From Planctomycetota bacterium (GTDB taxonomy: Bacteria > Planctomycetota > UBA8108 > UBA1146), in contig CBFIET010000122.1 of NCBI GenBank assembly GCA_965661685.1, positions 93,106 through 157,105 on the forward strand: a stretch of DNA of 64,000 bases, given 5' to 3'. The notes under the pieces were generated by a model, which had not been told where the DNA came from, did not search any database, and worked only from the letters and a program-made list of their open reading frames with translations. Each line of letters opens with the position of its first letter. Position 1 is the stretch's first letter. Of the stretch, positions 18,598 through 28,338 are shown piece by piece. Position numbers and translations under genes: made by a program.

Positions 18598-18634
18598 GAG
18601 GCGCCATTTCCCCGATGGCGCCTCTTTTTTTATT
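18598..18634 (+). terminator. rho-independent terminator (10-bp GC stem GAGGCGCCAT/ATGGCGCCTC, 7-nt loop, then TTTTTTTATT)
   Basis: Canonical hairpin plus U-tract on the + strand. Lies 410 nt downstream of the nearest + strand CDS stop (18187) and just outside the rodA 3' end. Confidence 0.7.
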
Positions 18635-18653
18635 CCATCTCCACCGGCACCAC

Positions 18654-19865
18654 TCAGGTGCGACCCACCTTGGCCCGGATCGGCCGATGGGTCACCTCGG
18701 AAGTTCCGCGCAGCAGTCCATCCGGATGGATCACCTCGACCGGATGGCGCGCGATGGAAACGACGATCCCCAGCGCCGCCAGCGACACGACGATGGAGGT
18801 TCCTCCATAGGAAACGAAGGGGAGGGGAAGACCCGTCACCGGCAGCAGGCCCACCGTCATCGACAGGTTGATGGCGGCCTGAAACCCGATCTGACTCGCC
18901 AGGCCTACTGCGACCAACCGCCCGAACGGATCTCGACAGTTCCATGCAACTCCCAGCATCGTCCACACCAGGACCAGGTATCCGATCACCACGGAAAGGG
19001 TTCCGATCAGTCCCAGTTCTTCGCCGATGACGGAGAAGATGAAATCGTTGTGGTCCTCCGGGACGTAGCCCAGATCATGGTGGCTTCCCATGTGCAGCCC
19101 CTTGCCGGTGGGGCCTCCGCTACCGATGGCGATGATCGATTGCGCCACCTGATAGCCTCCTTCCGATTCGCCGGAAACTTCACCGTACCCGACATAGGAG
19201 AGGATTCGATCCTTCTGATAGTCTCTCAATAGTGGCCAGCTGGCCGGGCCACCAATCACCGCCGCCAACACGATCAGTAGCAAAAACCTCCGCATCGAGA
19301 TCCCCGCAACCCACAGCATCATCACCGTGGTGGGGATCAGGATCAGCGCGGTGCCCAGGTCTGGCTGGGCTGCGATCAGCAGGAAAGGAATCGTGGCGAA
19401 TCCCACCCAGCGAACGATTTGCAGCCAACGGTCTACACCTTCACCGGGTCGAATCAGGTGAGCGAGGAACAGAACCGTGGATATCTTCGCAAGTTCCGAA
19501 GGTTGCAATCCGATTCCACCGAAGCGTATCCAGCGAACCACACCCGCTCCGGTGGCCCACTTCCAGAGCAGCAACAGCACCAGAAGTGCCACCGATGCAG
19601 CAAAGAAAACCTGTGCAACCTGACGGAATCGGCGTGGATGGACGAGGGAAATCGCCATCATGGCGACAACTCCCACGATGATCTTCTTGAGGTGGCTTGA
19701 TGCGTAGGGACCCGGGAATCCTGTCTCCGGTCCGTCCGCAGCACTGTGCACGAAGATGGTTCCCACCATCAGCAGCCAGACTCCTGCAAGAACCAGCAAG
19801 ATGGCGGGGCCAGCCCAACCATTCTTCCAGCCAGCGATCCAGTGCGTCAGATGAAGCGACGTCAT
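18654..19865 (-). CDS. rodA: rod shape-determining protein RodA (SEDS family); start at ATG 19865 overlapping the mrdA stop (ATGA), not the 574-aa ORF start
   Basis: MTSLHLTHWIAGW... with multiple TM segments. Conserved SEDS C-terminal region ...GGPTGKGLHMGSHHDLGYVPEDHNDFIFSVIGEELG. Confidence 0.85.
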   Translation of the reverse strand: MTSLHLTHWIAGWKNGWAGPAILLVLAGVWLLMVGTIFVHSAADGPETGFPGPYASSHLKKIIVGVVAMMAISLVHPRRFRQVAQVFFAASVALLVLLLLWKWATGAGVVRWIRFGGIGLQPSELAKISTVLFLAHLIRPGEGVDRWLQIVRWVGFATIPFLLIAAQPDLGTALILIPTTVMMLWVAGISMRRFLLLIVLAAVIGGPASWPLLRDYQKDRILSYVGYGEVSGESEGGYQVAQSIIAIGSGGPTGKGLHMGSHHDLGYVPEDHNDFIFSVIGEELGLIGTLSVVIGYLVLVWTMLGVAWNCRDPFGRLVAVGLASQIGFQAAINLSMTVGLLPVTGLPLPFVSYGGTSIVVSLAALGIVVSIARHPVEVIHPDGLLRGTSEVTHRPIRAKVGRT

Positions 19866-22015
19866 CGTCGTAACTCCATCCCTCGGTGCTCCTCGAGCCA
19901 GTCGAGTATTGAAGCGAGCAGTGGCGCACAGGCTTCCCCGCCATGCTGGGGCACATCCTGCAAGGAGATGGCAAAGGCAAACTTCGGCTCCACTACCGGG
20001 GTGAATCCGATCAACCATGCATGGTAACTGGGATCGGAGGAGATCTGAGCAGATCCTGATTTCACTGCCACGTCGAACCCCGAAAGACCGTAAGAAGATC
20101 GGGATGCGGTTCCTCCACGATCCCGTACCGCAGACACCATCCCATCGATCACACTTTCGAAATGACGCAACTCGATGGCTGGTTCCGCGGGTTCGCCGTC
20201 GATCGTTGCCACGACCTTGACCCCGGGAGAACTGCCACGACAGGCGATGCTCAACGCCACCCTCGCCATCTGCAGTGGCGTCACGGTGAAGCCGCGACCG
20301 ATGGCGGTGCCCACCGGGTTGGCCCGGGGTTTCAGGCCGATCGCCTCGGAGGCGATCCCGCTCCTGCTCGATCGCCACAGGCCCAGCGATTCGCCGGTAG
20401 CGATCATCTTGTCGATTCCCAGCCTCTGACCCATCTTGTAGAAATAAACGTTACAAGAGCGGGCCAGAGCCTCCGACAGATTGACGGAAAGGCCAGCGGG
20501 ATGATTGGTGCAGCGGCTCCGATCGGGCCGTCCAGGATCGAGCACACCGTTACAGACGATCTCGTCGTCAGCGGTGACCAATCCCTCCTGTAGAGCAGCG
20601 AGCCCGACCACCGTTTTGAAGGTTGAGCCGGGATCGACCGGCCACGAACTGACTCGATCATGAAACCAACCATCTCGAGATAGACTACGAGATCTGTACA
20701 GTTCACGGTCCTTGTAGACTTCCATCCCTTGCTGGGGGAGGGAGGCCCAGCCGAAAGCAGCGCCCGTATTGACGTCGAGCATCACGATGGCACCAGTTCG
20801 TACTCCCTGCGCTTGCATCTGATCGATACAAAAGCGGCTCAGTTGCGAGTCGATGGTGAGCTGGGTGTCCGATCCCTTGATGGCGTCTGCCACATCAAGA
20901 GCGGATCCAATCGATCGCCTGCGTTGATCGAGGATGCGAACCTCGGCGCCGGGAACTCCCCTGAGATCTTCCTCGAGAACCGACTCCAGCCCCGACCTTC
21001 CGACACGATCAGCGCTGTGATGAGAATACCTTCGAACCGCCTCGAAGACCCTCAGGTCGCGGAGAACCAGCCGGTCGATGATGGGTTCCTGCCGTGATTT
21101 CCAGGCGTCGACGATTTCCTCGCTGGGTAAGCCGGTATGTCCCAGCAATTGACCGAGAAAGGGGTCCAGTGGATGTACCCGGTCGTGGACTTCTTCCAGG
21201 TGAATACCAGGCCACTTTTCCGGTTCAGTACTGATGGCTACGACCAGAGAAGGGGGAACATCTTCGTGGAGGGGATGGCGCTGACGCCTGAAGACCCACT
21301 CTCGTTCCTGCAATTCCACAGCCGGATCCTGAACTCGGTCGTATGCCAGCTCGACCTTGCTCCACAGTTTCCCGGTCTCCAGTTCCAACACCTTTTCCAT
21401 CTTCCTGATACCGATCTCCCCGGCGAACAGGCCATCCGGATCGATGAAAATCGTGTAACTCTGACCAGCCTTGCTGGAGCGGATTCCCGGAAAGTCCTCG
21501 GGGCGTTTGGCGATGGCTCGGGCCACCGCTCTACCACACTTCGGATCGACACGGGTCAACCAGGGGTGCTCCTGATGATCGATATCGGTGGCGAACCTTG
21601 CCCTGATCTGCTCACGAGCTCCCTGAAGGGAGCTCCACAGGATCTCTTCATTCCAGGGGTAGCTGTCGTCAGAACTTCGCAGGATCTTGGTCAACCGCCG
21701 GGCGACCCACCGTACAGGTTCCAGTTCCGAAAGGAGAAAGGTGGCCCTCACAGCCGGTTCATCCCTGGCCAGAATGACTCCCCGAGCATCGACGATCTGT
21801 CCCCGAGGCGCGGGAGTGTAACGAATTGATCTGTGGATGCTGGATGCTCGTAAGGCATGGTCACGCCAGTCCATCCCCTGCAATTGCACAAGTCGAGCTG
21901 CGATACCCACAGACATCAGTAGGAACAGCACAGCGATGGGGATGATCCGGTTCCGCTGCATCAGATCCCCCCGTGGGATTTCGGAGTGCAGCGATTCACA
22001 GTGGATACCTCGCAC
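19862..22015 (-). CDS. mrdA: penicillin-binding protein 2 (elongation transpeptidase); alternative start at Met19 (~21961)
   Basis: N-terminal TM MQRNRIIPIAVLFLLMSVGIAARLVQLQ. Transpeptidase motifs STFK (GSTFKTVVG), SCN (ARSCNVYFY), KSG (VAVKSGSAQ). Confidence 0.85.
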   Translation of the reverse strand: MRGIHCESLHSEIPRGDLMQRNRIIPIAVLFLLMSVGIAARLVQLQGMDWRDHALRASSIHRSIRYTPAPRGQIVDARGVILARDEPAVRATFLLSELEPVRWVARRLTKILRSSDDSYPWNEEILWSSLQGAREQIRARFATDIDHQEHPWLTRVDPKCGRAVARAIAKRPEDFPGIRSSKAGQSYTIFIDPDGLFAGEIGIRKMEKVLELETGKLWSKVELAYDRVQDPAVELQEREWVFRRQRHPLHEDVPPSLVVAISTEPEKWPGIHLEEVHDRVHPLDPFLGQLLGHTGLPSEEIVDAWKSRQEPIIDRLVLRDLRVFEAVRRYSHHSADRVGRSGLESVLEEDLRGVPGAEVRILDQRRRSIGSALDVADAIKGSDTQLTIDSQLSRFCIDQMQAQGVRTGAIVMLDVNTGAAFGWASLPQQGMEVYKDRELYRSRSLSRDGWFHDRVSSWPVDPGSTFKTVVGLAALQEGLVTADDEIVCNGVLDPGRPDRSRCTNHPAGLSVNLSEALARSCNVYFYKMGQRLGIDKMIATGESLGLWRSSRSGIASEAIGLKPRANPVGTAIGRGFTVTPLQMARVALSIACRGSSPGVKVVATIDGEPAEPAIELRHFESVIDGMVSAVRDRGGTASRSSYGLSGFDVAVKSGSAQISSDPSYHAWLIGFTPVVEPKFAFAISLQDVPQHGGEACAPLLASILDWLEEHRGMELRR

Positions 22016-22475
22016 TCTTCAGGAACGGCCTCACGATATCGAGTACTGGCAACAGGATCGCTGTCACCACCGCACTCAAAAGCAACGCCGGAAACATCAT
22101 TTGAAAGGTGGGAAAGACGCCGGAAAGCATCGATTCCTGCACGCTGACGCCGATCAGCAGTGACGGCAAGATGATCTGAATACGACGATAAGGATGATGG
22201 GGATCGAACACGGTCTTGAGGAACCGAACGGTGAGTACCGTGCACAGCAATGGAACCACGGCATCGACGGGAGTTGTGATTCCGCCAAGACACCTGTGGG
22301 CAGCGACCACCACAATCATCAGCAAGAGACGTGGCCAGCGATCTACCAGTGCCATCCAGCACACGAAGATCAGCAGCGGATCGGCCATCCCGAGGGCTGG
22401 TTGCAACAATGGGCGAAACGCCACCCCCGTGAAGGTTGCCAGGATCATGATGAGGAACAACCATGAGAACCTCAC
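21996..22475 (-). CDS. mreD: rod shape-determining protein MreD (polytopic membrane protein)
   Basis: 159-aa protein, hydrophobic throughout. Positioned between mreC and mrdA with overlaps at both ends. Confidence 0.55.
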   Translation of the reverse strand: MRFSWLFLIMILATFTGVAFRPLLQPALGMADPLLIFVCWMALVDRWPRLLLMIVVVAAHRCLGGITTPVDAVVPLLCTVLTVRFLKTVFDPHHPYRRIQIILPSLLIGVSVQESMLSGVFPTFQMMFPALLLSAVVTAILLPVLDIVRPFLKSARYPL

Positions 22476-23182
22476 TGCGATCCACCTCTCGTCAGCGGCA
22501 CCAGTACCAGGACTTCCTGTACCTGTTTCAAACCCTGGCTGAGGAGGATCTTCGATTCTCGGTGGGGGATCCTGACCTCGCCAACGACACCGATCACCAG
22601 CCCCTCGGGAAAGACCGTGCCGCCACCATGGGTACGAATTACATCGCCGACGGAGAGGTCGATGTACTCCATGCGCAGGCGAGGATGCCCATGTCCTGGC
22701 CCAGGTCCACCTGCGAAGATCCCGGCACCGCCCTCCTCATCGAGGAAGGGAACCACGAAAGCAGGATCATCCGCCAGTTGAACCCTCGACCACCCCTGCT
22801 CGGAACGGACCACCTTTCCGATCACTCCGGAAGCTCCGATGATTCCCATACCCGGAGCGATCTCGACCTCTGATCCTCGATCAATACGGGCGGATGATCT
22901 CCTCGGATGAGGATCGAAGTGGGGGGTCAATCGTGCAGGGACCAGTTGATACAGCGTCCCTGCGAAGTCCGATGCGAGGTAGCGATCGATCAGATCCTGG
23001 CGCTCGATGAGTGCATCTTGTGAATCGCTGATCAGTTGCGTTCTCTGGAGAGCTTGTTCCAGAAGCTGGATGCGAACACGATCGGAGCCGGATGAGGACA
23101 CGAGGGGCTGAAGCCCGTAGCCGATCAGGGCCAGGACCAACCAGCAACCGATCGCCCAGTAAGCGCGTTCGATGCGCTTCAA
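22472..23182 (-). CDS. mreC: rod shape-determining protein MreC
   Basis: N-terminal TM followed by a coiled-coil (LLEQALQRTQLISDSQDALIERQDLIDRY), then C-terminal beta domains GDVIRTHGGGTVFPEGLVIGVV typical of MreC. Confidence 0.8.
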   Translation of the reverse strand: MKRIERAYWAIGCWLVLALIGYGLQPLVSSSGSDRVRIQLLEQALQRTQLISDSQDALIERQDLIDRYLASDFAGTLYQLVPARLTPHFDPHPRRSSARIDRGSEVEIAPGMGIIGASGVIGKVVRSEQGWSRVQLADDPAFVVPFLDEEGGAGIFAGGPGPGHGHPRLRMEYIDLSVGDVIRTHGGGTVFPEGLVIGVVGEVRIPHRESKILLSQGLKQVQEVLVLVPLTRGGSQ

Positions 23183-23214
23183 GTGACTCCCGTTCGGACC
23201 TGTCTATACGGTTC

Positions 23215-24252
23215 CTAGTAATCGTCGTCGACGGAGTCGAGGACGGAGGAATACTGATCCAGTTTCTCGAGGAATATGGCGGTTCCACGGGCCACGCAGG
23301 TGAGTGGGTCGTCTGCCACCCGCACCGGCAATCCGGTCACCTTCCGGATCGTCTCATCGAGACCGCGCAGTAACACGCCGCCACCACAGAGGACGATTCC
23401 ACGCTCCACCAGATCGGCACACAGTTCGGGGTCAGTCGTTTCAAGTGTCGACTTGATCCCTTCGATGATCTTGTCGACGGGGGGCTGCAGTGCCTCCCGG
23501 ATCTCTTCACTGGTGATTCGTGCACTGCGAGGAAGATTGCCGATGAGATCGCGCCCCTTCACCTCCATCTCGAGTTCCTCTTCGAGTGGGTAGGCGGACC
23601 CGATCCCGATCTTGATCTGCTCCGCAGTCAGCGGTCCAACCAGGATGTTATAGGTGTCCTTCATGTACTTGACGATCGCTTCGTCCATGTCATCTCCGGC
23701 GACGCGCAACGACACGCTGGTCACCACATCTGCCAGGGACAGTACTGCGATTTCTGTGGTTCCACCGCCGACATCCACGACCATGCTTGCGATCGGCTCT
23801 TCGATGGGCAATCCAGCACCGAGACCGGCAGCTCGCGGCTCTTCCACGAGGTAAACCTTGCGAGCACCGGCACGCTCCGCAGAGTTGTAGACGGCACGCT
23901 TCTCCACTGCTGTGATCCCGCTGGGAACAGCGATCACAACACGTGGGCTGAAAAATCTGGATCGGTTTTGCACCCTCGTGATGAAGTACTTGAGCATCGC
24001 CTCGGTGATCTCGAAATCGGCGATGACTCCATCCCGGAGGGGACGGACCGCTTCGATGGAGGTGGGGGTTCTGCCCATCATCTCCTTGGCGACACTGCCG
24101 ACAGCTCTTCCATCGAGAAGTACCTGGTTGGTACCTGCTTTGACCGCCACCACCGATGGCTCGCTGATGACGATTCCTCGCCCACCAACACAAACGAGGG
24201 TGTTGGCAGTTCCAAGATCGATACCAAGATCAGTAGAAAACTTCCCCACCAA
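23215..24252 (-). CDS. mreB: rod shape-determining actin MreB (start likely TTG 24252 or GTG 24249; the ORF to 24423 has no plausible upstream Met)
   Basis: LVGKFSTDLGIDLGTANTLVCVGGRGIVISEPSVVAV... Full-length MreB with all actin-fold motifs. Confidence 0.9.
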   Translation of the reverse strand: MVGKFSTDLGIDLGTANTLVCVGGRGIVISEPSVVAVKAGTNQVLLDGRAVGSVAKEMMGRTPTSIEAVRPLRDGVIADFEITEAMLKYFITRVQNRSRFFSPRVVIAVPSGITAVEKRAVYNSAERAGARKVYLVEEPRAAGLGAGLPIEEPIASMVVDVGGGTTEIAVLSLADVVTSVSLRVAGDDMDEAIVKYMKDTYNILVGPLTAEQIKIGIGSAYPLEEELEMEVKGRDLIGNLPRSARITSEEIREALQPPVDKIIEGIKSTLETTDPELCADLVERGIVLCGGGVLLRGLDETIRKVTGLPVRVADDPLTCVARGTAIFLEKLDQYSSVLDSVDDDY

Positions 24253-24566
24253 GGCCTGTGTGAAATTCTGTGCGATACGGAAAACCAAGATATGATCTCC
24301 TCGTCCGATCCCTGCCGGCACCGTGGTGCTGGCATCGAGATCAGTTTCCCCTTGAGGACTCCTGTCCTCTTTCCCACTTCGAACTCCCGCAAATTCCGGC
24401 AGGCACTCGCACCTGCTTGCCATGATATTGCATCACGGACGGGATTCCCTCACTGCTGCGCCCTGTATCATAAGCAGGAAAATGGCCGGAGGCGAGGGAC
24501 TAACACCGATCCTTGTCGCAGGAAGGAATGCGCTCGACCGCCGATCTCCGATGCGGACAGGCGCAA

Positions 24567-24606
24567 AAAAAGGCCTGCTTTCCCGGGGGAAAGCAGGCCT
24601 TCATCG
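24567..24606 (-). terminator. rho-independent terminator on minus strand (AGGCCTGCTTTCCC stem, GGG loop, then 7 T on minus strand)
   Basis: Plus-strand text gcgcaaaaaaaggcctgctttcccgggggaaagcaggcct. Sits between the small membrane ORF and the mreB 5' region. Confidence 0.5.
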
Positions 24607-24625
24607 ACGGGTCGAGGTTCAGGGA

Positions 24626-24865
24626 CTAGCCCTCGTCAGCCTCCACGTCGCCGAACACCTTATCTGCTTCACGGTTGACCGACTTCAACTGGACGCTTTC
24701 CCAGGAACTGGCACTGGTGGTGGGGGTTTTCCCCGGCAGGGTCAATTCCTTCAGTTTCATCGACAACAGAGTCGAGGCAGCAATCAGACAGACCACCGAG
24801 ATGGCCAGAAGACTGGTTGCCATCGGGCTCGAATCCTTGCGCTCAACAATAGGTTGATCGTACAT
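24626..24865 (-). CDS. possible small single-pass membrane protein (79 aa)
   Basis: MYDQPIVERKDSSPMATSLLAISVVCLIAASTLLSM... Lies in a gap between a real gene and its own intrinsic terminator. No homology recognised. Confidence 0.35.
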   Translation of the reverse strand: MYDQPIVERKDSSPMATSLLAISVVCLIAASTLLSMKLKELTLPGKTPTTSASSWESVQLKSVNREADKVFGDVEADEG

Positions 24866-24876
24866 ACTGACTCCCC

Positions 24877-25728
24877 CTAGCTGGACAGACGGGTCGAGGC
24901 CTTGTGTCCCTCACGAATGCCAGCGCCCTCCTGGAAGAGGATGGTGCAACCGGACATGTCGTCGAGGACCTTCGTGACCTGAACCTTGCCAATGAAGCGA
25001 CTTCCGTCGTAGATGGTGAACTCGTAGCCCACCTCAACATCGTCATCTCTACCCACAGACAGAACCACGACACCTTCCTGGACTCCCACGACCATTCCGT
25101 CGATGGGAGGGGCGGTGGTGACTCCGATATCGGGCAAGCGCACCCCGGAATCGACGATTCTGCCGATGAGGAGCTCCTGATCATCGAAGTCCGACTTGAG
25201 TGCAGTCAGCTCCTTGTTGAGAGCTTCATTCTGCTGCGACAGCGTTTCCTTGTCGAGGATGGCGCGATTCCTGAGCCGTTCGGCATCTTTCTTCGCATCT
25301 CCTGCCGAGGCGATTTCGCTGTTGAGGCGGGAGACTTCGTCTTCGAGGCGAGCGATATTGGAATCCTTGTCCTGGATATGCTCATCCTTCTGGGCAAGAC
25401 GGGTCTCATTGGCCTCGATCTTGGCCTCGAGACTGGCGACATCCTTGCGCAGATCTCCGTTGGTATTTTGCAGGTCGTTGACCTTGGTACCGAGTTGCTC
25501 GTTCTCGCGAACGATGGACTCGTTGGTCTTTGTCGTCTGATCGATCCGACCCTGCAGCGTTGCCTTCATCTCACTCGCCCGTTCCACCGACTCTTTTTCA
25601 CTACTGAGTGCCTTTTCTGCAGCACCTTTCCAGTCCTTCTGGGCCTGGAAAAGAGTTGCACTGACACCGAGGAAAAAGAGCGCAAGGACGAGATTGAGCA
25701 CCACGAAAAACTTGGCGAGCCCACTCAT
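24877..25728 (-). CDS. membrane-anchored coiled-coil protein with C-terminal beta-rich domain
   Basis: N-terminal TM FFVVLNLVLALFFLGVSATLF. ~150 aa of heptad coiled coil. C-terminal GMVVGVQEGVVVLSVGRDDDVEVGYEFTIYDG domain. No known family recognised. Confidence 0.55.
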   Translation of the reverse strand: MSGLAKFFVVLNLVLALFFLGVSATLFQAQKDWKGAAEKALSSEKESVERASEMKATLQGRIDQTTKTNESIVRENEQLGTKVNDLQNTNGDLRKDVASLEAKIEANETRLAQKDEHIQDKDSNIARLEDEVSRLNSEIASAGDAKKDAERLRNRAILDKETLSQQNEALNKELTALKSDFDDQELLIGRIVDSGVRLPDIGVTTAPPIDGMVVGVQEGVVVLSVGRDDDVEVGYEFTIYDGSRFIGKVQVTKVLDDMSGCTILFQEGAGIREGHKASTRLSS

Positions 25729-26242
25729 CTCCAGTTCCTTCCGTTCGGGTTCATCGTGATCGGCATGAAACAGTTCCGTGCCGAGCAGGACTTTGGCGGG
25801 GTCACCGCCACCCGTATTTTCATCTCCTCAACCGCAACACCCGTCTCCCCGGGGTGCTCAGTGATCACCAGATCACCATCACGATCGATTCGAGTATTCC
25901 TTTGAATCATGTGATTCCGGCGGTACGCCACCGGAGTTCATGTAAGCATGACCAGGTATAAAAAGCACACCTGACTGCACTCTCTCGCGAATCGTAGCCT
26001 CTTCCAGACGCATGTCACCTTGCCGATGGGGTAGATCGGATTCCGCTCCAGCGACCGCTTCCGGTGAGGTCTCAAGGGAGGAATGATATCTGGCCCCCTG
26101 GAAGGGGTCAAGTTCCCCTGCATCGTCGATCGGAGGTAGTTTCTGGCAAAGAATCTATCGCTGGTATCTCCCCTTGCAGTCCCCCTGGGCAGCCTTCCCG
26201 GCCGGTTCGGTGGCGATTTCATCCCGCCTCCCGTAGCATTTC

Positions 26243-26881
26243 GTGTCAGGAGGCCCCTTGTTCACCGGAATCGTAGAACGCCGTGCTGCCATCCAGGAGA
26301 TCGCTCCCGGCCCAGGAGGGGTCCGGCTTGTCATTTCAGGCCAGGCGGACCGTTGCAGCGACGGCGATCCTGGGCCATGGGCGGATCTACAGGTGGGGGA
26401 GAGTATCAGCGTCGACGGCTGCTGCCTGACGCTGATCTCGGGAGCCGAAGATCTCCATTTTGATGTCGTCGAGGAAACGCTTCGTCGCACCTCCCTGGGA
26501 CGGCGCGAGGTGGGCTCACTGGTCAATCTCGAGCGTGCACTGCGGGTCGGCGACCGCCTCGGAGGTCATTACGTCACCGGACATATCGACAGCCAGGGAC
26601 GAATTTCCTCGATCCAGGATGATGGCGAAGTGCTGTGGCACATCGAACATCCCCTCGCCGATTCGTTTCGCACCGTCGAAAAGGGGTCCGTTACCGTCGA
26701 CGGAGTCAGCTTGACGGTGGCTTCCAGCAGTCCCGGTGGTTTCTCCGTGGCACTGATTCCCCACACCCTGGAGGTCACCTCCCTCGGAGTTCGCTGCGAA
26801 GGGGACTCACTCAACCTCGAGATGGATCACTTCGGTCGCTGGGTCTTCGAGTTACTCAACGATCGCCAGGGAGGAGCCTGA
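26243..26881 (+). CDS. ribE: riboflavin synthase alpha subunit
   Basis: LFTGIVERRAAIQEI...GESISVDGCCLT and a second lumazine-binding repeat GHYVTGHIDSQG...SVTVDGVSLTV. Confidence 0.85.
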   Translation: MSGGPLFTGIVERRAAIQEIAPGPGGVRLVISGQADRCSDGDPGPWADLQVGESISVDGCCLTLISGAEDLHFDVVEETLRRTSLGRREVGSLVNLERALRVGDRLGGHYVTGHIDSQGRISSIQDDGEVLWHIEHPLADSFRTVEKGSVTVDGVSLTVASSSPGGFSVALIPHTLEVTSLGVRCEGDSLNLEMDHFGRWVFELLNDRQGGA

Positions 26882-28338
26882 TGAGCGAAGGTCGACCACG
26901 GGTCCGCATCGCACCCAGTCCCACCGGAGATCCCCATGTGGGCACCGCCTACGTGGCGCTCTTCAACCGTACGCACGCCCGCCACAACGGCGGCCAGTTC
27001 CTGCTACGGATCGATGACACCGACCGAACCCGCTACCAGGAGTCCAGCGAGGAGCAGATCTTTGCCGCCCTTCGGTGGCTCGGGCTCGACTGGGACGAGG
27101 GACCCGATGTGGGTGGCCCCTGCACTCCCTACCGCCAGAGTGAACGTAACGACATCTATCGCCGCTACACCGACAAGTTGCTGCAATCGAATGCTGCCTA
27201 TCGGTGCTTCTGTAGCGCCGAGCGGATGGCACAGGTCCGCGAGGGGCAGAAGCAGCGCAAAGAACGACTCGGATACGATGGCCACTGCCGGGGACTCTCT
27301 CATCAGGATTCTCAAGGTCGAGCAGATGCCGGCGAGTCCCACGTGATTCGTCTTCGGGTTCCCGACCAGGGAGAGACCTGTTTCGTCGATGAAATTCGCG
27401 GCGAGATTCGTGTCGACAACTGCGAGATCGACGATCAGGTGCTGATCAAGACGGATGGATTTCCCACCTACCATCTCGCCAATGTCGTCGATGACATCGA
27501 ATTCAAGATCACCGAGGTTGTGCGTGCGGAAGAGTGGCTCGTGTCGACACCAAAACACGTTCTGATCTACCAGGCTCTGGAGGAATCGCTGCCTCGATTC
27601 TTCCACGTCCCACTGTTGAGAAACTCGGACCAGTCGAAGATCTCCAAGAGGAAGAATCCTGTCAGTCTCGACTGGTTCCGTCAGCAAGGATACCTGAAGG
27701 AAGCTCTTCTCAATTTCCTTGCCCTGATGGGCTGGTCTCCACCCGACGAGGAAGAGGTCTTTGACCTGCAGCAATTCGAGAAGGAGTTCCGCCTCGATGA
27801 TATCTCGACCGGAGCCCCGGTATTCGACATGGTCAAACTCGACTGGCTCAACGGTGTTCACATACGCAATCTCGGCCTCGACCAGTTGCTGGAGAGGATC
27901 GAGGAGGAGGGTTTCTTGCCTGCCGGAGCTTCCGTGGAAGAGGCGCGAAAGATCCTACCGCTGGTGACCGAGCGGATGGTTCTGCTCTCCGAGTTTGCGG
28001 ATCGTACCGACTGGTTTTTTCAGTCGCCACTTCCGCCAACAGGTGAACAACTGGTCCCCAAGAAGAGTAGCGCTGAGATCTCCCGCAAGGCGTTACAGGG
28101 GGCTGCGAGGGTTCTACTGGACACTCCCGGAGAGGACACCGAATCGATCTCGACCGCTCTCGATGCACTGCTTGAAGATCTCGACATCAAGAAACCGATG
28201 CTGTTCATGCCACTGCGCTTTGCGTTGACCTCTCGCAAGGACTCACCAGACCTGATCGAGGTGATTGCGGTGCTCGGCAAGGAAGCGGTACAGGCGCGGC
28301 TACAGCGCTCGATACAGATCCTGGAAACGACAACTTGA
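26881..28338 (+). CDS. gltX: glutamyl-tRNA synthetase (start ATG 26881 overlapping ribE stop by 1 nt; the 567-aa ORF start is an upstream extension)
   Basis: RVRIAPSPTGDPHVGTAY (HIGH-type motif) and KISKRKNPVS (KMSKS-type motif). Confidence 0.9.
   Translation: MSEGRPRVRIAPSPTGDPHVGTAYVALFNRTHARHNGGQFLLRIDDTDRTRYQESSEEQIFAALRWLGLDWDEGPDVGGPCTPYRQSERNDIYRRYTDKLLQSNAAYRCFCSAERMAQVREGQKQRKERLGYDGHCRGLSHQDSQGRADAGESHVIRLRVPDQGETCFVDEIRGEIRVDNCEIDDQVLIKTDGFPTYHLANVVDDIEFKITEVVRAEEWLVSTPKHVLIYQALEESLPRFFHVPLLRNSDQSKISKRKNPVSLDWFRQQGYLKEALLNFLALMGWSPPDEEEVFDLQQFEKEFRLDDISTGAPVFDMVKLDWLNGVHIRNLGLDQLLERIEEEGFLPAGASVEEARKILPLVTERMVLLSEFADRTDWFFQSPLPPTGEQLVPKKSSAEISRKALQGAARVLLDTPGEDTESISTALDALLEDLDIKKPMLFMPLRFALTSRKDSPDLIEVIAVLGKEAVQARLQRSIQILETTT

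Noticed and set aside
18654-24423. Long N-terminal extensions in the ORF track (rodA 574 aa, mreB 402 aa, gltX 567 aa and others)
   Set aside because: The extensions are R/G-rich, have no homology and run through upstream genes. Conserved N-termini, SD sequences and ATGA/GTGA/TTGA stop-start overlaps identify shorter internal starts, several of them GTG/TTG, which the track renders as M.
25932-26242. Possible FMN riboswitch (RFN element) upstream of ribE
   Set aside because: Only weak resemblance: GGGGTCAAGTTCCCC...CGGAGGTAG on the + strand, and a GATGAAATCGCCACCGAACCGGCC stretch on the - strand. The highly conserved 3' core (GCCGACGGU.AAAGUCCGGAUGGGAGA) is not present on either strand.
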